From the NCBI RefSeq assembly GCF_006345805.1, contig NC_043001.1:128836001-128900000 (forward strand): a DNA stretch of 64,000 nt, read 5' to 3'. Positions 63,909-64,000 of this stretch are shown here, one piece after another (positions within the stretch are counted from its first letter, which is position 1; every line of letters begins with the position of its first letter). The stretch is from Octopus sinensis. Its lineage: Eukaryota. Below the pieces are notes generated by a model. It made no database searches. It was given only the letters and a program-made list of their open reading frames with translations, and was not told where the DNA came from. The position numbers and the translations under genes are program-made.

Positions 63909-64000
63909 GGCTTATCACGAATCTCTGTGACTTGCAGGAAAAATTTTTCATTCTATTTATTATACTCTATCTATTTATCAATCTATTTATTTTTTCCTCT

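Overview
AT-rich eukaryotic, almost entirely non-coding window. It is dominated by (TA)n, (TATG)n, (CA)n, (ATCT)n and (AAT)n microsatellites and by several tRNA-headed SINE families. This repeat make-up is what I would expect of an octopus genome (inference; no database search was run). Decayed autonomous elements are present: a Tigger/pogo transposon, two maT (DD37D) Tc1/mariner copies, two mariner copies, a hAT fragment, an R4/Dong-like REL-domain fragment, RTE-like zinc-finger 3' fragments and Penelope-like fragments. Non-autonomous Helitron-like, HINE-like and TTAA-flanked MITE copies also occur. There is one 100-N gap and one short interstitial (CCCTAA)n tract. Five small minus-strand exon candidates with consistent splice phases join into an 82-aa open frame, suggesting most of the window is intron of one unidentified gene. 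The most notable observation is a set of type I hammerhead ribozyme motifs in the Penelope-like and foldback sequences. One has a fully intact core (57698-57803). One sits at the centre of a 330-bp foldback and is one base from intact (24044-24096). Three form a tandem-plus-inverted cluster (56627-56815). Nearly all lie on the minus strand, and two are broken at the same CpG. SINE and fragment boundaries are read by eye and approximate.
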